NCBI GenBank assembly: GCA_963767925.1
Contig: CAVYGB010000002.1
Location: forward strand, 864,001 to 928,000
Length of the DNA stretch: 64,000 nucleotides
Direction of reading: 5' to 3'
Source of the DNA: an uncultured delta proteobacterium
GTDB lineage: Bacteria; Myxococcota_A; Polyangia; Fen-1088
Part shown: piece after piece, positions 11,617 to 20,798 of the stretch
Layout: every line of letters starts with the position of its first letter
Position numbering within the stretch: position 1 is the first letter of the stretch
Notes under the pieces: model-generated
Databases searched by the model: none
Seen by the model: only the letters and a program-made list of their open reading frames with translations
Told to the model about the DNA's origin: nothing
Translations under genes and position numbers: made by a program

Positions 11617-13296
11617 TCAGCCGGCGGCGAGGTGGTGGTAGGGGGGCGCGGTCTGGATGCGCGCGTCTTCCAGGGGGCCGCCGAGGGTGAAGTGGTAGAG
11701 GACCTGGAAGCGGTCGTCGGCCAGGCCGAAGGTCTGGTGGGTCATGTCGTCGAAGAAGCAGCCGATGCCGGTGCCGCGGATGCCCGAGGCCTCGGCCTCG
11801 AGGTAGAGCTGCTGCCCGACCACTCCCGTCTCCCAGAACAGGCGGCGGTAGAACCAGGGGCCCCAGGTCTGCAGCGGCCCGCGGAAGTCGGTCAACATGG
11901 CCGCCGCGAAGACCCCGTCGGCGGCGATCTCCTGGCCGCAGCTCGTCTGCTCGGCCACCCGGCGCGCGTCCCCTGCCTCGAGCAGGAACAGCGGCAGCTC
12001 GGGCGGGCAGCCCGCCGGCGTGGTCCAGAGGAACCCGGGGGTCATCGCGGCCCGCAGGGTCTCCCGGCGCGCGGGCTCGCGGAGCAGAAGGTACAGGCCC
12101 GGGTCGACCCCCTGCACGCGGTGGACGAACAGCAGCAGGTCGACGGAAGGCGCCCAGGGCAGCGAGGAAAATGGGATCTGGCCCGTCCCGGGCAGGAGCT
12201 TGCGCAGGATCTGGAAGAAGGCCTCGCTGGTGATGCCGCTGCGCCCGTCGAGCGCCACCGCGCTCCGCCGCTGCTGGATGATCCGGCGCAGACCCGGCGA
12301 CCCATCCTCGCCGGCCGGCGCCGCGGCGACCCCGGGAGGAGGGTGGTCCCAGTACTCCTCCGGCGGCGGGTCGACCTTGGCGGTCGCCGCGTCGACCTCG
12401 TCGATGATCGGCCAGGGGTGATGATCGGGGCTGAGGCGGCTGGGCGTGCCGAGCCAGTCCGCCGCGCCGAGAGCCTCGCGCGCCGCCACCGGCAGGGCGA
12501 ACCCGCGCTGCCGCTCGACCGGCAGGGCGGCGTCTTGCGGGACCAGGGCCAGCAGGCACTCGGGGCGCTCGGCCTCGATCCCCTCCTGGCGGTCGACCCC
12601 CAGCAAGCGGGCCAGGTCCCGGTCCGGCACGCCCTCCAGCAGGTGCGCCTGCCAGCCCAGCCCTGCCGCGGCGACGGCGAGCGCGCCGAGGGCGTGTCCG
12701 ACGTCGTGCTGGCAATAGCGGAAGCCCCGCTCGCCGTATTTCCAGGACTCCCGCCAGTAGATCGAGGTGAGGCCCACCAGCACGCCGCCGGGTGGGAGCT
12801 GCGCCGCCAGCGCGCTCCAGACCGCGTCGGGCAGCTCCAGCCGCCGCTCGAGGGCGTGCTCGCGAGGGGCGTAGTGGTACACGGCCGGGCGCTCGGCCAG
12901 GCCCGCGACAGGCCCGGCGATCAGGTAGCCCTCGGTGGGATGCAGGTTTCCGCTCGAGGGGTTCACCCGCAGCGACCAGCGGGCGCCCCCCGCCTGCTTC
13001 CAGGCCGACAGCGCCAGCGCGTCCTGCAGCACCTGCGACACCCAGCGCCGATCGAGCGGGCGGGGGGCGATGTGCCCGGGGTAAAACGCCGGCTCGTAGC
13101 GCGGCTCGTCCCCGACGGGGATCAAGTCGAGCGGCAGGAGGGGCGCCCCGGCGAAACGCCGGAAGGGATCCGGCTGGTTGGCCCAGTCGAGATGCCCCAG
13201 CGCCCGCGCGTACCGCCCAGGAAAATGTTTGGTCCGGGCGTGATACGCGAGGACCGCCGCCAGGGCCCCGCCCGCTCCCTGCCCGACGTCTTGCAC
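11617..13296 (-). CDS. SagB/ThcOx-like nitroreductase family protein (two FMN domains)
   Basis: YHARTKH, RVNPSSGNLHPTE, WKYGERGFRYC, RRSAVALD, GIGCFFDD. Confidence 0.88.
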   Translation of the reverse strand: MQDVGQGAGGALAAVLAYHARTKHFPGRYARALGHLDWANQPDPFRRFAGAPLLPLDLIPVGDEPRYEPAFYPGHIAPRPLDRRWVSQVLQDALALSAWKQAGGARWSLRVNPSSGNLHPTEGYLIAGPVAGLAERPAVYHYAPREHALERRLELPDAVWSALAAQLPPGGVLVGLTSIYWRESWKYGERGFRYCQHDVGHALGALAVAAAGLGWQAHLLEGVPDRDLARLLGVDRQEGIEAERPECLLALVPQDAALPVERQRGFALPVAAREALGAADWLGTPSRLSPDHHPWPIIDEVDAATAKVDPPPEEYWDHPPPGVAAAPAGEDGSPGLRRIIQQRRSAVALDGRSGITSEAFFQILRKLLPGTGQIPFSSLPWAPSVDLLLFVHRVQGVDPGLYLLLREPARRETLRAAMTPGFLWTTPAGCPPELPLFLLEAGDARRVAEQTSCGQEIAADGVFAAAMLTDFRGPLQTWGPWFYRRLFWETGVVGQQLYLEAEASGIRGTGIGCFFDDMTHQTFGLADDRFQVLYHFTLGGPLEDARIQTAPPYHHLAAG

Positions 13297-13308
13297 GCCT
13301 GGAGCTTA

Positions 13309-13345
13309 GTGCACGATCTTCGAACGGGCGTCGAAGACCGTGCAC
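13309..13345 (-). other. 15-bp stem hairpin between the DUF1993 and nitroreductase genes
   Basis: GTGCACGGTCTTCGA-CGCCCGT-TCGAAGATCGTGCAC on the minus strand (one G-U pair). Confidence 0.6.
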
Positions 13346-13373
13346 GCGCGCGCCGAGATGGCGCGCCGGGGGC

Positions 13374-13880
13374 TCAGGGCTGGCGCAGGCTGAGCGGGCC
13401 GAGGTAGTCGCGCTTGCCGAGGCCGACGCCGTTGTGGCGGAGGATGGCGTAGGCGTGGGTCAGGTGAAAGAAGAAGTTCGGCATGCCGTGCTCGCGGAAG
13501 TAGTCCGGTGCCGACATGACCTTGCCCTCCCAGCGCGGCTGGCTGACCACCCGGGTGGCTGCCCCCTCGAAGTCCGCCGCGGTGAACGTCCCGAGGTAGG
13601 TCACGACCGTGGCGACCCGGGCCCGCAGCGCCTCCAGCGTCTGCTCGGTGTCGGGATGGGAGGGCGCCTCCTTCCCGGCGAGGCGCGCCGCCACCAGCTT
13701 GGCGACGTCACAGACCGACTGCACCTGCTTGGCGAAGGCGAACTGATCGGGCGCCAGCCGGAGCGTGAGGAAGACGTTCGGATCGAACTTCTTCGTCTCG
13801 GCGAAGGCGGCCGCCGCCACCAGCCACGCGTCGAGCTGCCCCAGCATCTTCTTCATCTGACCAACGGTCTCGAAATACAT
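13374..13880 (-). CDS. DUF1993 family protein
   Basis: RLAPDQF..QVQ..CD.AK and PNFFFHLTHAYAILRHNGVGLGKRDYLG motifs. Confidence 0.9.
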   Translation of the reverse strand: MYFETVGQMKKMLGQLDAWLVAAAAFAETKKFDPNVFLTLRLAPDQFAFAKQVQSVCDVAKLVAARLAGKEAPSHPDTEQTLEALRARVATVVTYLGTFTAADFEGAATRVVSQPRWEGKVMSAPDYFREHGMPNFFFHLTHAYAILRHNGVGLGKRDYLGPLSLRQP

Positions 13881-14002
13881 CCCCCCATCCTATCAACCCC
13901 CGCCCCCCCACGCCGGGGCCATCTGGCTTCCTTCCCATCACCGGGCCCCGCTGTTCGGGGCCCGAGGGTGCAGGCCCGCCACAGGCGGCGGGCCTTCGAC
14001 CT

Positions 14003-14044
14003 CGATCGGCGATCGGCGATCGGCGATCGGCGATCGGCGATCGG
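14003..14044. repeat. 7-bp tandem repeat (CGATCGG) x6
   Basis: Perfect array; each unit contains GATC. Confidence 0.95.
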
Positions 14045-14046
14045 CG

Positions 14047-14537
14047 CATGCGTTCGAGGCCGTAGACGAAGCCTTTGCCCTGGAAGGCGGGTTCGACGCC
14101 GGTGGCGGTCAGCTCGAAGAAGGGGGGGGGCCCCAGGCCGTTGTTCGTGTCGGCCAGGCTCTGGTCCTGGTAGAGCAGGCCACTCCGGACGGACAGATCG
14201 CCTCGGCCAGAAAGAGCGGGCGAGGAAGCCGGATCGCGGGCGTCGCGCTGGGGGCGCCGGCGCCGCCTCCGGCTGCGGCACCGGCATCCGGCGTGGGCAC
14301 GGGTTGCGCGCCGGCATCGGGCGCGGGCTGCGCGCTGGCATCGGGCACGGGTTGCGCGCTGGCATCGGGTGCGGGCGGCGCCCCGGCATCGGGCGCAGGC
14401 TGCGCGCTGGCGGCGGACATCCGGCCGGCCAGGGCCAGGGCCAGGGCCAGACCCACCGCCAGCCACCGGGACCGGCCGCGGGCCGCGGGACGGACGGGGG
14501 CTGACCAGCGCGATGAGAGATCGAGGACGGGAGACAT
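14047..14537 (-). pseudogene. Truncated secreted protein (PDA(S/G)AQP repeats) with frameshift
   Basis: SD GGAGG plus signal peptide and 24-bp repeats; shifts frame near 14200 (DLSVRSGLLYQDQSLAD...GFVYG) and runs into the heptamer repeat. Confidence 0.5.
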
Positions 14538-14607
14538 GAGACGCTCCCTCCGAGCGCCACCGGGACCTGTGCGTGGGGGCGGTGCGCCGCGCGGCCGGAA
14601 CGGTTAA

Positions 14608-15367
14608 GAGCCAGCCGCTGAAGCCTGTGGAGAATTTGCGCCGATGGGCGAAACGAGGATCGAGGCCGGGACGCGTGCTCGTGGGCGTGTTCGAGCGCGT
14701 GTTCGTGTGGGGCGAGCGTTGAGCGGCCAGGCGGCTCTCGGTGCGCGTAAATCACGCGAGCCGAGGCCCGCGGGCCGAACACGCTCACCACACACGGACA
14801 CGAACTCGAACACGCGCTCGCACACGAGCACGACCACGACAGCCGCGGCAGTCATCAGGGTTGGTGGCGGTGCATGCCGGCGAGCCGAGTGAGCATCGCG
14901 CACAGCCGATCGGGCCACACTCGGGACCAAGCGCCACATCCTGACCGACGCCGTCGGCGTGCCCCTGGCCGTCACCATCACAGGGGCGAACGTGCACGAC
15001 AAGTGGATGGTGGGCCAGACCCTGGTGCCATGGTCCTGCGGGGCCCTCGTGGTCCACGTCGCCCCAAAGAACTTGTGCCTCGACAAAGGCTACGCCTACG
15101 CCGACTGTGAGCAGGAAGGTTCGCCGCCGTCGAATCGTTCCTCACATCCGCCGGCGAGGCGAACCACCACTGGTCGACTGTGTTCACGGTAGGCCGCGAC
15201 GCTGGGTGGTCGAGCGCACCAACAGCTGGCACAACCGATATCGAGGTCTCCTCATCCGCTGGGAACGCAAAGCCGAGAATTGCCTAGCCTTCGTTCGGCC
15301 CGCCTGTGCGCTGATTGCCTTCAACGCTGCCTCTCGTGCGTAATTCACAGGTTTCAGCGGCTCGCTC
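14608..15367 (+). mobile_element. Defective IS5-family (IS1031-like) insertion sequence, 760 bp
   Basis: 22-bp terminal IRs (14608-14629 / 15346-15367, 20/22 match, GAG ends), flanking TAA duplication, transposase C-terminal half (GTKRHILTDAVGVPLA, DKGY, RWVVERTNSW...RWER) split by a frameshift. Confidence 0.9.
14674..14832. repeat. Long imperfect palindrome (GTGCTCGTG... / ...CACGAGCAC) inside the IS
   Basis: GT-rich arm at about 14674-14720 is complementary to an AC-rich arm at about 14778-14832. Confidence 0.65.
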
Positions 15368-15417
15368 TAAGTGAAATTGACTTTCAGATTCTGCTCCAAG
15401 CACCCGGCGAACCCGCC

Positions 15418-15439
15418 GGGGGGGGGGGGGGGGGGGGGG
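15418..15439. repeat. Poly-G tract (22 nt)
   Basis: Directly visible homopolymer. Confidence 0.95.
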
Positions 15440-15543
15440 TCAAGGGTTCCCCCGGGAACGACCGGCCCGCGCCACGGCCAGATGCAGTTGACTTGCGAAT
15501 TCAGCTTTGTTCTTGTCGCCGGGTCGGGGGTGGTGCGCTGTCG

Positions 15544-15850
15544 TCAGCTCGGCCCTCTTTGGTGATTCGTCCTTCCGACCGCTTCGCGGATCTTGCCCGC
15601 CACGTCGAGCTCGTGGGGGCTCGCGTTGCGCGGCTTGCCGCCCATCTGCTCGATCTCGATGCGAGCCAGATGGTCGGCCACCTGTCCGTCCGACGCCCCC
15701 CGCCTCGATGAGATCGAGCACGCCAGCCGCGTAGCGGTCGTATTCGTCCTGGCACTCGGGAACGTCGTTGACGCCGATCGGGTCCCAGTACCGCAGCAGG
15801 ACCTGGGCGACGGCCCGCTGCTTGGGGGTCAACCGGTCGTCGGGAGCCAT
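15544..15850 (-). CDS. Small WDPIG/DEYD-motif protein (DUF1871-like), frameshifted in a G6 run
   Basis: LLRYWDPIGVNDVPECQDEYDRY; removing one G at 15696-15701 gives ASDGQVADHLARIEIEQMG...GPS*; ATG overlaps the antitoxin stop (TGATG). Confidence 0.6.
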
Positions 15851-16368
15851 CACGCCACCCTACGGCCGGGCTTCGGCCTCGAGGCGGTGCCACGGGCTCT
15901 CTTGGCAGGCGCTGCTGTAGCGGCTCGGGGCCGGTCCCACATCCGCTCGAGCGTCGACAGCCCCACCTCGGGATCGCGCCCGATGAGCGCGAGGCTGCAC
16001 ACCAGGTGTGCGCTCGGCTCGCTACGCCCCTGCTTGGTCTTCGACAGGTAGCCCTCCGACAGCCCCAGCGCCGACTCCACACGACGCATGGGCAGGTTGG
16101 CATCGATGACCAGGGTGATGGCCCTCTCGAACAACGCCCGCAGCTCTTTGCGGTAGACCTGTTCGAGCGCAGCCTCGAACCGCTCGCCGGTCGCGGGATC
16201 CAGCCACTCGGCCCCGCAGTTGTCGCAGGTGGGGATCTCCAGATCGGCAGGGATCTCCAGTTGCGCGTTCTTGTACCGCGCCGTCCGGCCCGCGCCCTTG
16301 GTCGGTCGGACCTTGCCGATCCCGCACTCGCCGCAGCGCCGTTCAATGATCTTTGCTGTCTTCGACAT
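15850..16368 (-). CDS. MqsA-like antitoxin (zinc ribbon + XRE HTH)
   Basis: CGEC...CDNCG zinc ligands, then HTH RRVESALGLSEGYLSK...SEPSAHL; SD AGAGGAA. Confidence 0.75.
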   Translation of the reverse strand: MSKTAKIIERRCGECGIGKVRPTKGAGRTARYKNAQLEIPADLEIPTCDNCGAEWLDPATGERFEAALEQVYRKELRALFERAITLVIDANLPMRRVESALGLSEGYLSKTKQGRSEPSAHLVCSLALIGRDPEVGLSTLERMWDRPRAATAAPAKRARGTASRPKPGRRVA

Positions 16369-16415
16369 GGTTGCTTCCTCTTTGTTTCGCTGGGCCCCTC
16401 CGGGGGTCGGTCGGC

Positions 16416-16782
16416 TCACCGCCGCGGTTTCGGTCCGGTCCATCCTTTCGGTTTGTGCACGCCGCCGTTGGTCCGCAGCGGCCGTTCCAGGGGGTGCAGC
16501 GAGATGGTCGTCAGCTCCTCGCCGGGCACCTGCTCGTCGACGTAGAACTTGAGGTACCAGTTCTCGTCCCCGTTCAGGACGTCGCAGACGTCTCCGCCCT
16601 GCTCGACCCGCTCGGCGTAGGACCGGGCAACGAGGTTGGCGACGACAGCCCGGATGGCCGCGTGACAGTCGGCGACCGTCGGGAAGAAGTTGATGGCTCG
16701 CTCCCGGTGGGCCCACACCTTGCCGGCGACGACCAAGGCTTGGACCTTCGCAATCGGCCAGTGCGGGGGCCTTCGCCTTCAC
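16416..16782 (-). CDS. MqsR-like (RelE-fold) toxin, probable 1-nt indel near start
   Basis: Removing one C from the C5 run near 16765-16769 gives MKAKAPHWPIAKVQALVVAGKV...DV...WYLK...ISLH, which parallels E. coli MqsR (MEKRTPHTRLSQVKKLVNAGQV...DVY...YLK...VSF). Confidence 0.65.
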
Positions 16783-16800
16783 ACAGATAGAGTGCCATGG

Positions 16801-16835
16801 GAGTGAGTCCCATTCGAGCTCATGGGGACTCACTC
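16801..16835. promoter_or_regulatory. Palindromic operator candidate of the TA operon
   Basis: GAGTGAGTCCC-N13-GGGACTCACTC perfect 11-bp inverted repeat, 18 nt upstream of the toxin start. Confidence 0.6.
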
Positions 16836-17070
16836 GGCGTTCGGAAAGGGCCATTGGATCGAGGATATTTTGCGCGTTCCCGGGGGGCGGATCCGCGAGC
16901 GTAGTCAGATGGTGATCACCCGGGGTGGTCGGCCGGATGTGGCGGAATCCCTGGCGCCCCTCTGGATCGACCCCATAATCCTCGAGGTGCCGCCGGGTCG
17001 TGCCGCCGCCGCGACGAAGCTGGGTCCGGGTCCGGTGTTGGCGGCGCGCGCCGCGAGGTCATCGCTCTCC

Positions 17071-18474
17071 ATGATGCAGGCCGCAGCTCCCGCGAAATTC
17101 GCGTACTTGATCGGGGCGGCGGCGCTGGCGCTCGCCGGGGGGTGCCAGAAGTCGCGGCTCTATCCGGAGGGCGAGACGGGCGGCCCGGGGGCGGGGCCCG
17201 GCGGCGGCGGCCCCGGGGGGCCTGGCTTCGTGTTGCCCGAGCCGCGGACGATCATGCCGCCGCCGATGGTCGAGGAGAAGGCCTGCGCGACGGAGAGCCG
17301 GCTGCCGGAGCGCACGCCGGTCGATCTGCTGTTCGTTGTCGACGCGTCGAGCTCGATGCTCGAGGTTGTGGACGGGGGCACGCAGCAGAAGTGGCTGGCG
17401 GCGCGGGAGGCCATCCAGGGGTTCATGGCGGATCCGGGCTCGGCCGGGTTGAACGTCGGGCTGCAGTTCTTTCCCCTGCGGGCGGTTTGCGCCAGCGACA
17501 AGCCGGTCTGCCTGGGGCCGAACAACCCGCCCGGGCCGATCCCCGACTGTCCCTGCCCCTTCGGCCTCACCTGCGTCACGGCGGGGACCTGCACGGTCTC
17601 GGGCGGGGCCTGCACCGAGCCCGGCGGCCTGTGCGCGACCGGCGTCGCCGACGATCGCTGCCGGATCGTGCACGGCTGTCCCGGGCTGGAGCCGAGCTGC
17701 GACCCTGCCGTCTACCGCCAGCTCGCCGTGCCCTTCGGCGCGCTGCCGGCCAACCTCCCCGCGGTCATGACCGCCATCGGCGCCACCGATCCGGCGCGCA
17801 ACTCGGGGACGCCCACCGGCGTGGCCGTGGCGGCGGCCCTGGACGTGCTGCGGGCGCAGGCGCCCGCGACGGCGGCGCGGCGGGCGGCGCTGGTGCTGGT
17901 CACCGACGGCGAGCCGACCCGGTGCTTGCCGGGCGACCCTCTGGCCGGGGCGGCGCGCGCGGCGGCGGGGCGCGCGGCGGTGGTCGGACCGATCACCGCG
18001 GCCCGGATGGCCAACCCGGTCCTGTCGGTCTTCGCGGTCGGGGTGTTCTCCCAGAGCGACATCGCCATGGGCTTCTCCAGCATCGTCACCGAGGTGGCGA
18101 CCGCGGGCGGAACGGCCCCCTTCGTCGTCGCCGCCAACCGCGACCTCACCCAGGTCTTGCAGGAGGCCTTCAACCAGATTCGCCGCCTGGCCGTCCCCTG
18201 CGAATACCTCATCCCCCAGCCGCAGCAGAGCGTGCTCGACTACGGCAAGGTCAACGTGCACGTGAAGTCGGGGACCCGCGACGAGGACCTCCCCTACGTC
18301 GCCCGGGCCAGCGCCTGCGACCCGACCCGCGGCGGCTGGTACTACGACGTCGATCCCGCCTTCGACAAGCCGTCCCGGGTGGTGTTGTGCCCGACGGCCT
18401 GCACCGGCCTGCAGAACGACCCCCTCGGCAAGGTCGACCTGCGCTTCGGCTGCAAGTCCCAGATCATCAACTGA
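17071..18474 (+). CDS. Cys-rich vWA-domain lipoprotein
   Basis: Lipobox LAGGC, MIDAS DASSSM, GTPT, LVTDGEP, C-terminal GWYYD...LCPTAC. Confidence 0.85.
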   Translation: MMQAAAPAKFAYLIGAAALALAGGCQKSRLYPEGETGGPGAGPGGGGPGGPGFVLPEPRTIMPPPMVEEKACATESRLPERTPVDLLFVVDASSSMLEVVDGGTQQKWLAAREAIQGFMADPGSAGLNVGLQFFPLRAVCASDKPVCLGPNNPPGPIPDCPCPFGLTCVTAGTCTVSGGACTEPGGLCATGVADDRCRIVHGCPGLEPSCDPAVYRQLAVPFGALPANLPAVMTAIGATDPARNSGTPTGVAVAAALDVLRAQAPATAARRAALVLVTDGEPTRCLPGDPLAGAARAAAGRAAVVGPITAARMANPVLSVFAVGVFSQSDIAMGFSSIVTEVATAGGTAPFVVAANRDLTQVLQEAFNQIRRLAVPCEYLIPQPQQSVLDYGKVNVHVKSGTRDEDLPYVARASACDPTRGGWYYDVDPAFDKPSRVVLCPTACTGLQNDPLGKVDLRFGCKSQIIN

Positions 18475-18503
18475 CCGGGCGCCCGCCGCCGGCGGCCCCG
18501 AGA

Positions 18504-20558
18504 TCAGAAGTCGCGGGCGGTCTGCAGGACGGCGGTGTCGAGGAAGGTGGCTGCCGTGGCGCCGGTGCCGTCGAAGGGGCGGCGGAACAGCTCGACCTTT
18601 GTCACCTTGCCCTCGTCGGCGACGTTGATCGCCCAGCGCAGGTACCCGGTTGTGCCGCTGTTGATGAGATAGGTGCGGCTGAGCGCTCCATCGAAGGTCA
18701 CCCGCACCGTGAAGTTGCAGCCCGCGCGGCAGACCGGGGCCGCCGCCGCCAGGTCGGCCTCCTTGCTGGGGTCGAGCGTCCGCAGGAGGTTGCCCCGGTA
18801 GTGCATGGGCGGCTGGATCACGCGCGCCTCGGGCGCGGTGGCCGAGCTGCCGCCGAACAGGGTGTAGACCGGGACGTCCCGCCGCACGGGGCGATCGTAG
18901 TAGCCGCCGTTGCGGGTGGTCGTGTCGGGAGCGAACTCTCCCGTCCCGGGGTTGTACTTGACGTAGCTCTCCTGCAGGTCGTCCCAGTAGACCCGGTCCT
19001 GGAAGAAGTCGAGCACCCACTGCACGGTGTAGGCTCCGAACCAGTTGTTGCCGCCGCCCGCCATCGGATCCCGCACGTAGAGCCCCGGGCGGCCGGCGCT
19101 GGGGCCGTCGGGCGTGCTGGGATCCCAGGGGGAGGCGAACGAGGCGGTCTCGTGCTGGCTCGGGACCACGCCGAAGTACTGGAAGTACTTCCAGTACGGA
19201 CCCACGCCGCAGCCGTCTTCGTTGGGCGTGCCGAGGATGCAACCGCTGCCGTCGGTCCGCTTGGCGAAGGGGTATTGCGAGCGGCCGTAGGCGTCTTCCA
19301 GGTGGGGCAGGCCGTAGGTGTGTCCGGTCTCGTGGCGGATCATGAGCTGCGAGGCGGGGCCCGCCGAGGCGTTGCCGCCCCCACCGAGCCCCCCGTTCCA
19401 GCCGCCCCGATCGAGCGCCACGAAGTAGGCCGCCTCCTGGGTCTGGCCGTTGGCCGCCCGGATGGTGGCGCCGATGCTCAGGCACTCGCCCACCTCGTCG
19501 AAGCCCCCTTCGCGGGTGAGCAGGATGCGATCGGGCCGGCCGCCGCGGGCGCTCATCACGAACGGATCGAAGACCATCGGCACCGGGAAGTGCGACCAGA
19601 CCAGGCTCTGCACCGGCAGCTCGTCGGCCATCCGGGGCATGTACTGCGGGACGCGGGGCGGAGTGGCGATGCCGTACATGACGGCCGCCATCTCCACCAC
19701 GAGCTGCCGGATGCCACCGCCCACCCGCAGCTCGCCGGGCGGGATGGTCCGGCTGGCGCCGCCGGCCTGGATCTGCAGGGCCAGGCCGGACCGGATCCAG
19801 GCCGCGGGGAGCTGCACCGTGAAGCTGTCGGCGAGGCTGGGTCGGGGCGAGACGCTGGCCGGCAGGGCGGGCGGCCCCTTCAGGCACAACGAACCGAGCG
19901 GCATTCCGTTGCGGGTGGCCGTCACCTTCACCTCGGGGGCGTCGCCCGCGCCGGTCACCCCCACCTTCAACAGGGCCGGGCGGTGGCTCACCAGCCGGAA
20001 CTTCGGCCGGGCCGCGCTGCCGCTGATGGTGATGGTGCCGGCCTCGTTGCGGGTGTAGTCCTCGCTGCTCGGCGGCAGCAGGTGGTTCTGTCCGATCAGC
20101 ACCTCGCTGATGGTGGCGCCGGCGTTGCCGGCGCCCGAGCAGGGCACGTCTCCGGTGGGGATGTCGCTGTAGTCGGCGCAGGCCGAGTCGGTGGCGAAGC
20201 CCGGCAGCGCGCCCGGCCCCAGCGCCTTCCAGCGCGCGCAGAAGCTCGCCATCGGCACGCCCCCGCCCCCCTCGTTGCCGGGACCCGGGCCCCCACCTCC
20301 GGTGATCGGCGGGGCGCCTCCGGGGCCCGGTCCCGCTCCCCCCGGGGTGGGTCTACCCTGCGGTCCTTCCGGCCCCGGCCCCTGCGGCCCCATCGGCGCG
20401 CCCATGGCCCCGCCGCCCGACATCCCGGGGCCCGGCATGGTCATCACGACGTCCCCCTCGGAGCAGCCGAGCCCGCCGGCCAGCACCACCAGCCCGAGCG
20501 GCCCGAGACGCGCGAAACGCCGCCCCCACCCAGGAACGAAGCAGACAGCATGGTTCAT
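18504..20558 (-). CDS. Zinc metallopeptidase lipoprotein, M66 (StcE/TagA)-like
   Basis: Lipobox GLGC, HETGHTYGLPH (HExxHxxGxxH), Met-turn RDPMAGG. Confidence 0.75.
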   Translation of the reverse strand: MNHAVCFVPGWGRRFARLGPLGLVVLAGGLGCSEGDVVMTMPGPGMSGGGAMGAPMGPQGPGPEGPQGRPTPGGAGPGPGGAPPITGGGGPGPGNEGGGGVPMASFCARWKALGPGALPGFATDSACADYSDIPTGDVPCSGAGNAGATISEVLIGQNHLLPPSSEDYTRNEAGTITISGSAARPKFRLVSHRPALLKVGVTGAGDAPEVKVTATRNGMPLGSLCLKGPPALPASVSPRPSLADSFTVQLPAAWIRSGLALQIQAGGASRTIPPGELRVGGGIRQLVVEMAAVMYGIATPPRVPQYMPRMADELPVQSLVWSHFPVPMVFDPFVMSARGGRPDRILLTREGGFDEVGECLSIGATIRAANGQTQEAAYFVALDRGGWNGGLGGGGNASAGPASQLMIRHETGHTYGLPHLEDAYGRSQYPFAKRTDGSGCILGTPNEDGCGVGPYWKYFQYFGVVPSQHETASFASPWDPSTPDGPSAGRPGLYVRDPMAGGGNNWFGAYTVQWVLDFFQDRVYWDDLQESYVKYNPGTGEFAPDTTTRNGGYYDRPVRRDVPVYTLFGGSSATAPEARVIQPPMHYRGNLLRTLDPSKEADLAAAAPVCRAGCNFTVRVTFDGALSRTYLINSGTTGYLRWAINVADEGKVTKVELFRRPFDGTGATAATFLDTAVLQTARDF

Positions 20559-20798
20559 CCGAGCACCTCGGCCGCGAGGGTTTGGAGGCTCCCGGCGCGG
20601 AAGCCCCATCCTCACCGTTTCACAGAATGCCCCCCGCCTTGTTCCCGTCCGGGCGCGGTTTCACCCGGCGGAGCCCTCGTCGGGCCGGGGCCTCCGCCCG
20701 GGCCGGGCGTTCTCCAGGGGTAAGATCACGGTGCGGATGCCGGCCCGGTGGGCGGCGAGGATCTCGACCGCGCGCGCGGCCTTGCTGCGGCCCGGCCT

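Noticed and set aside
11617..13296. RiPP (azole) biosynthetic cluster around the SagB-like gene
   Set aside because: No YcaO, precursor peptide or E1-like gene nearby
14608..16835. Prophage or composite transposon carrying the TA operon
   Set aside because: No integrase or phage genes, and no second IS end beyond the TA operon
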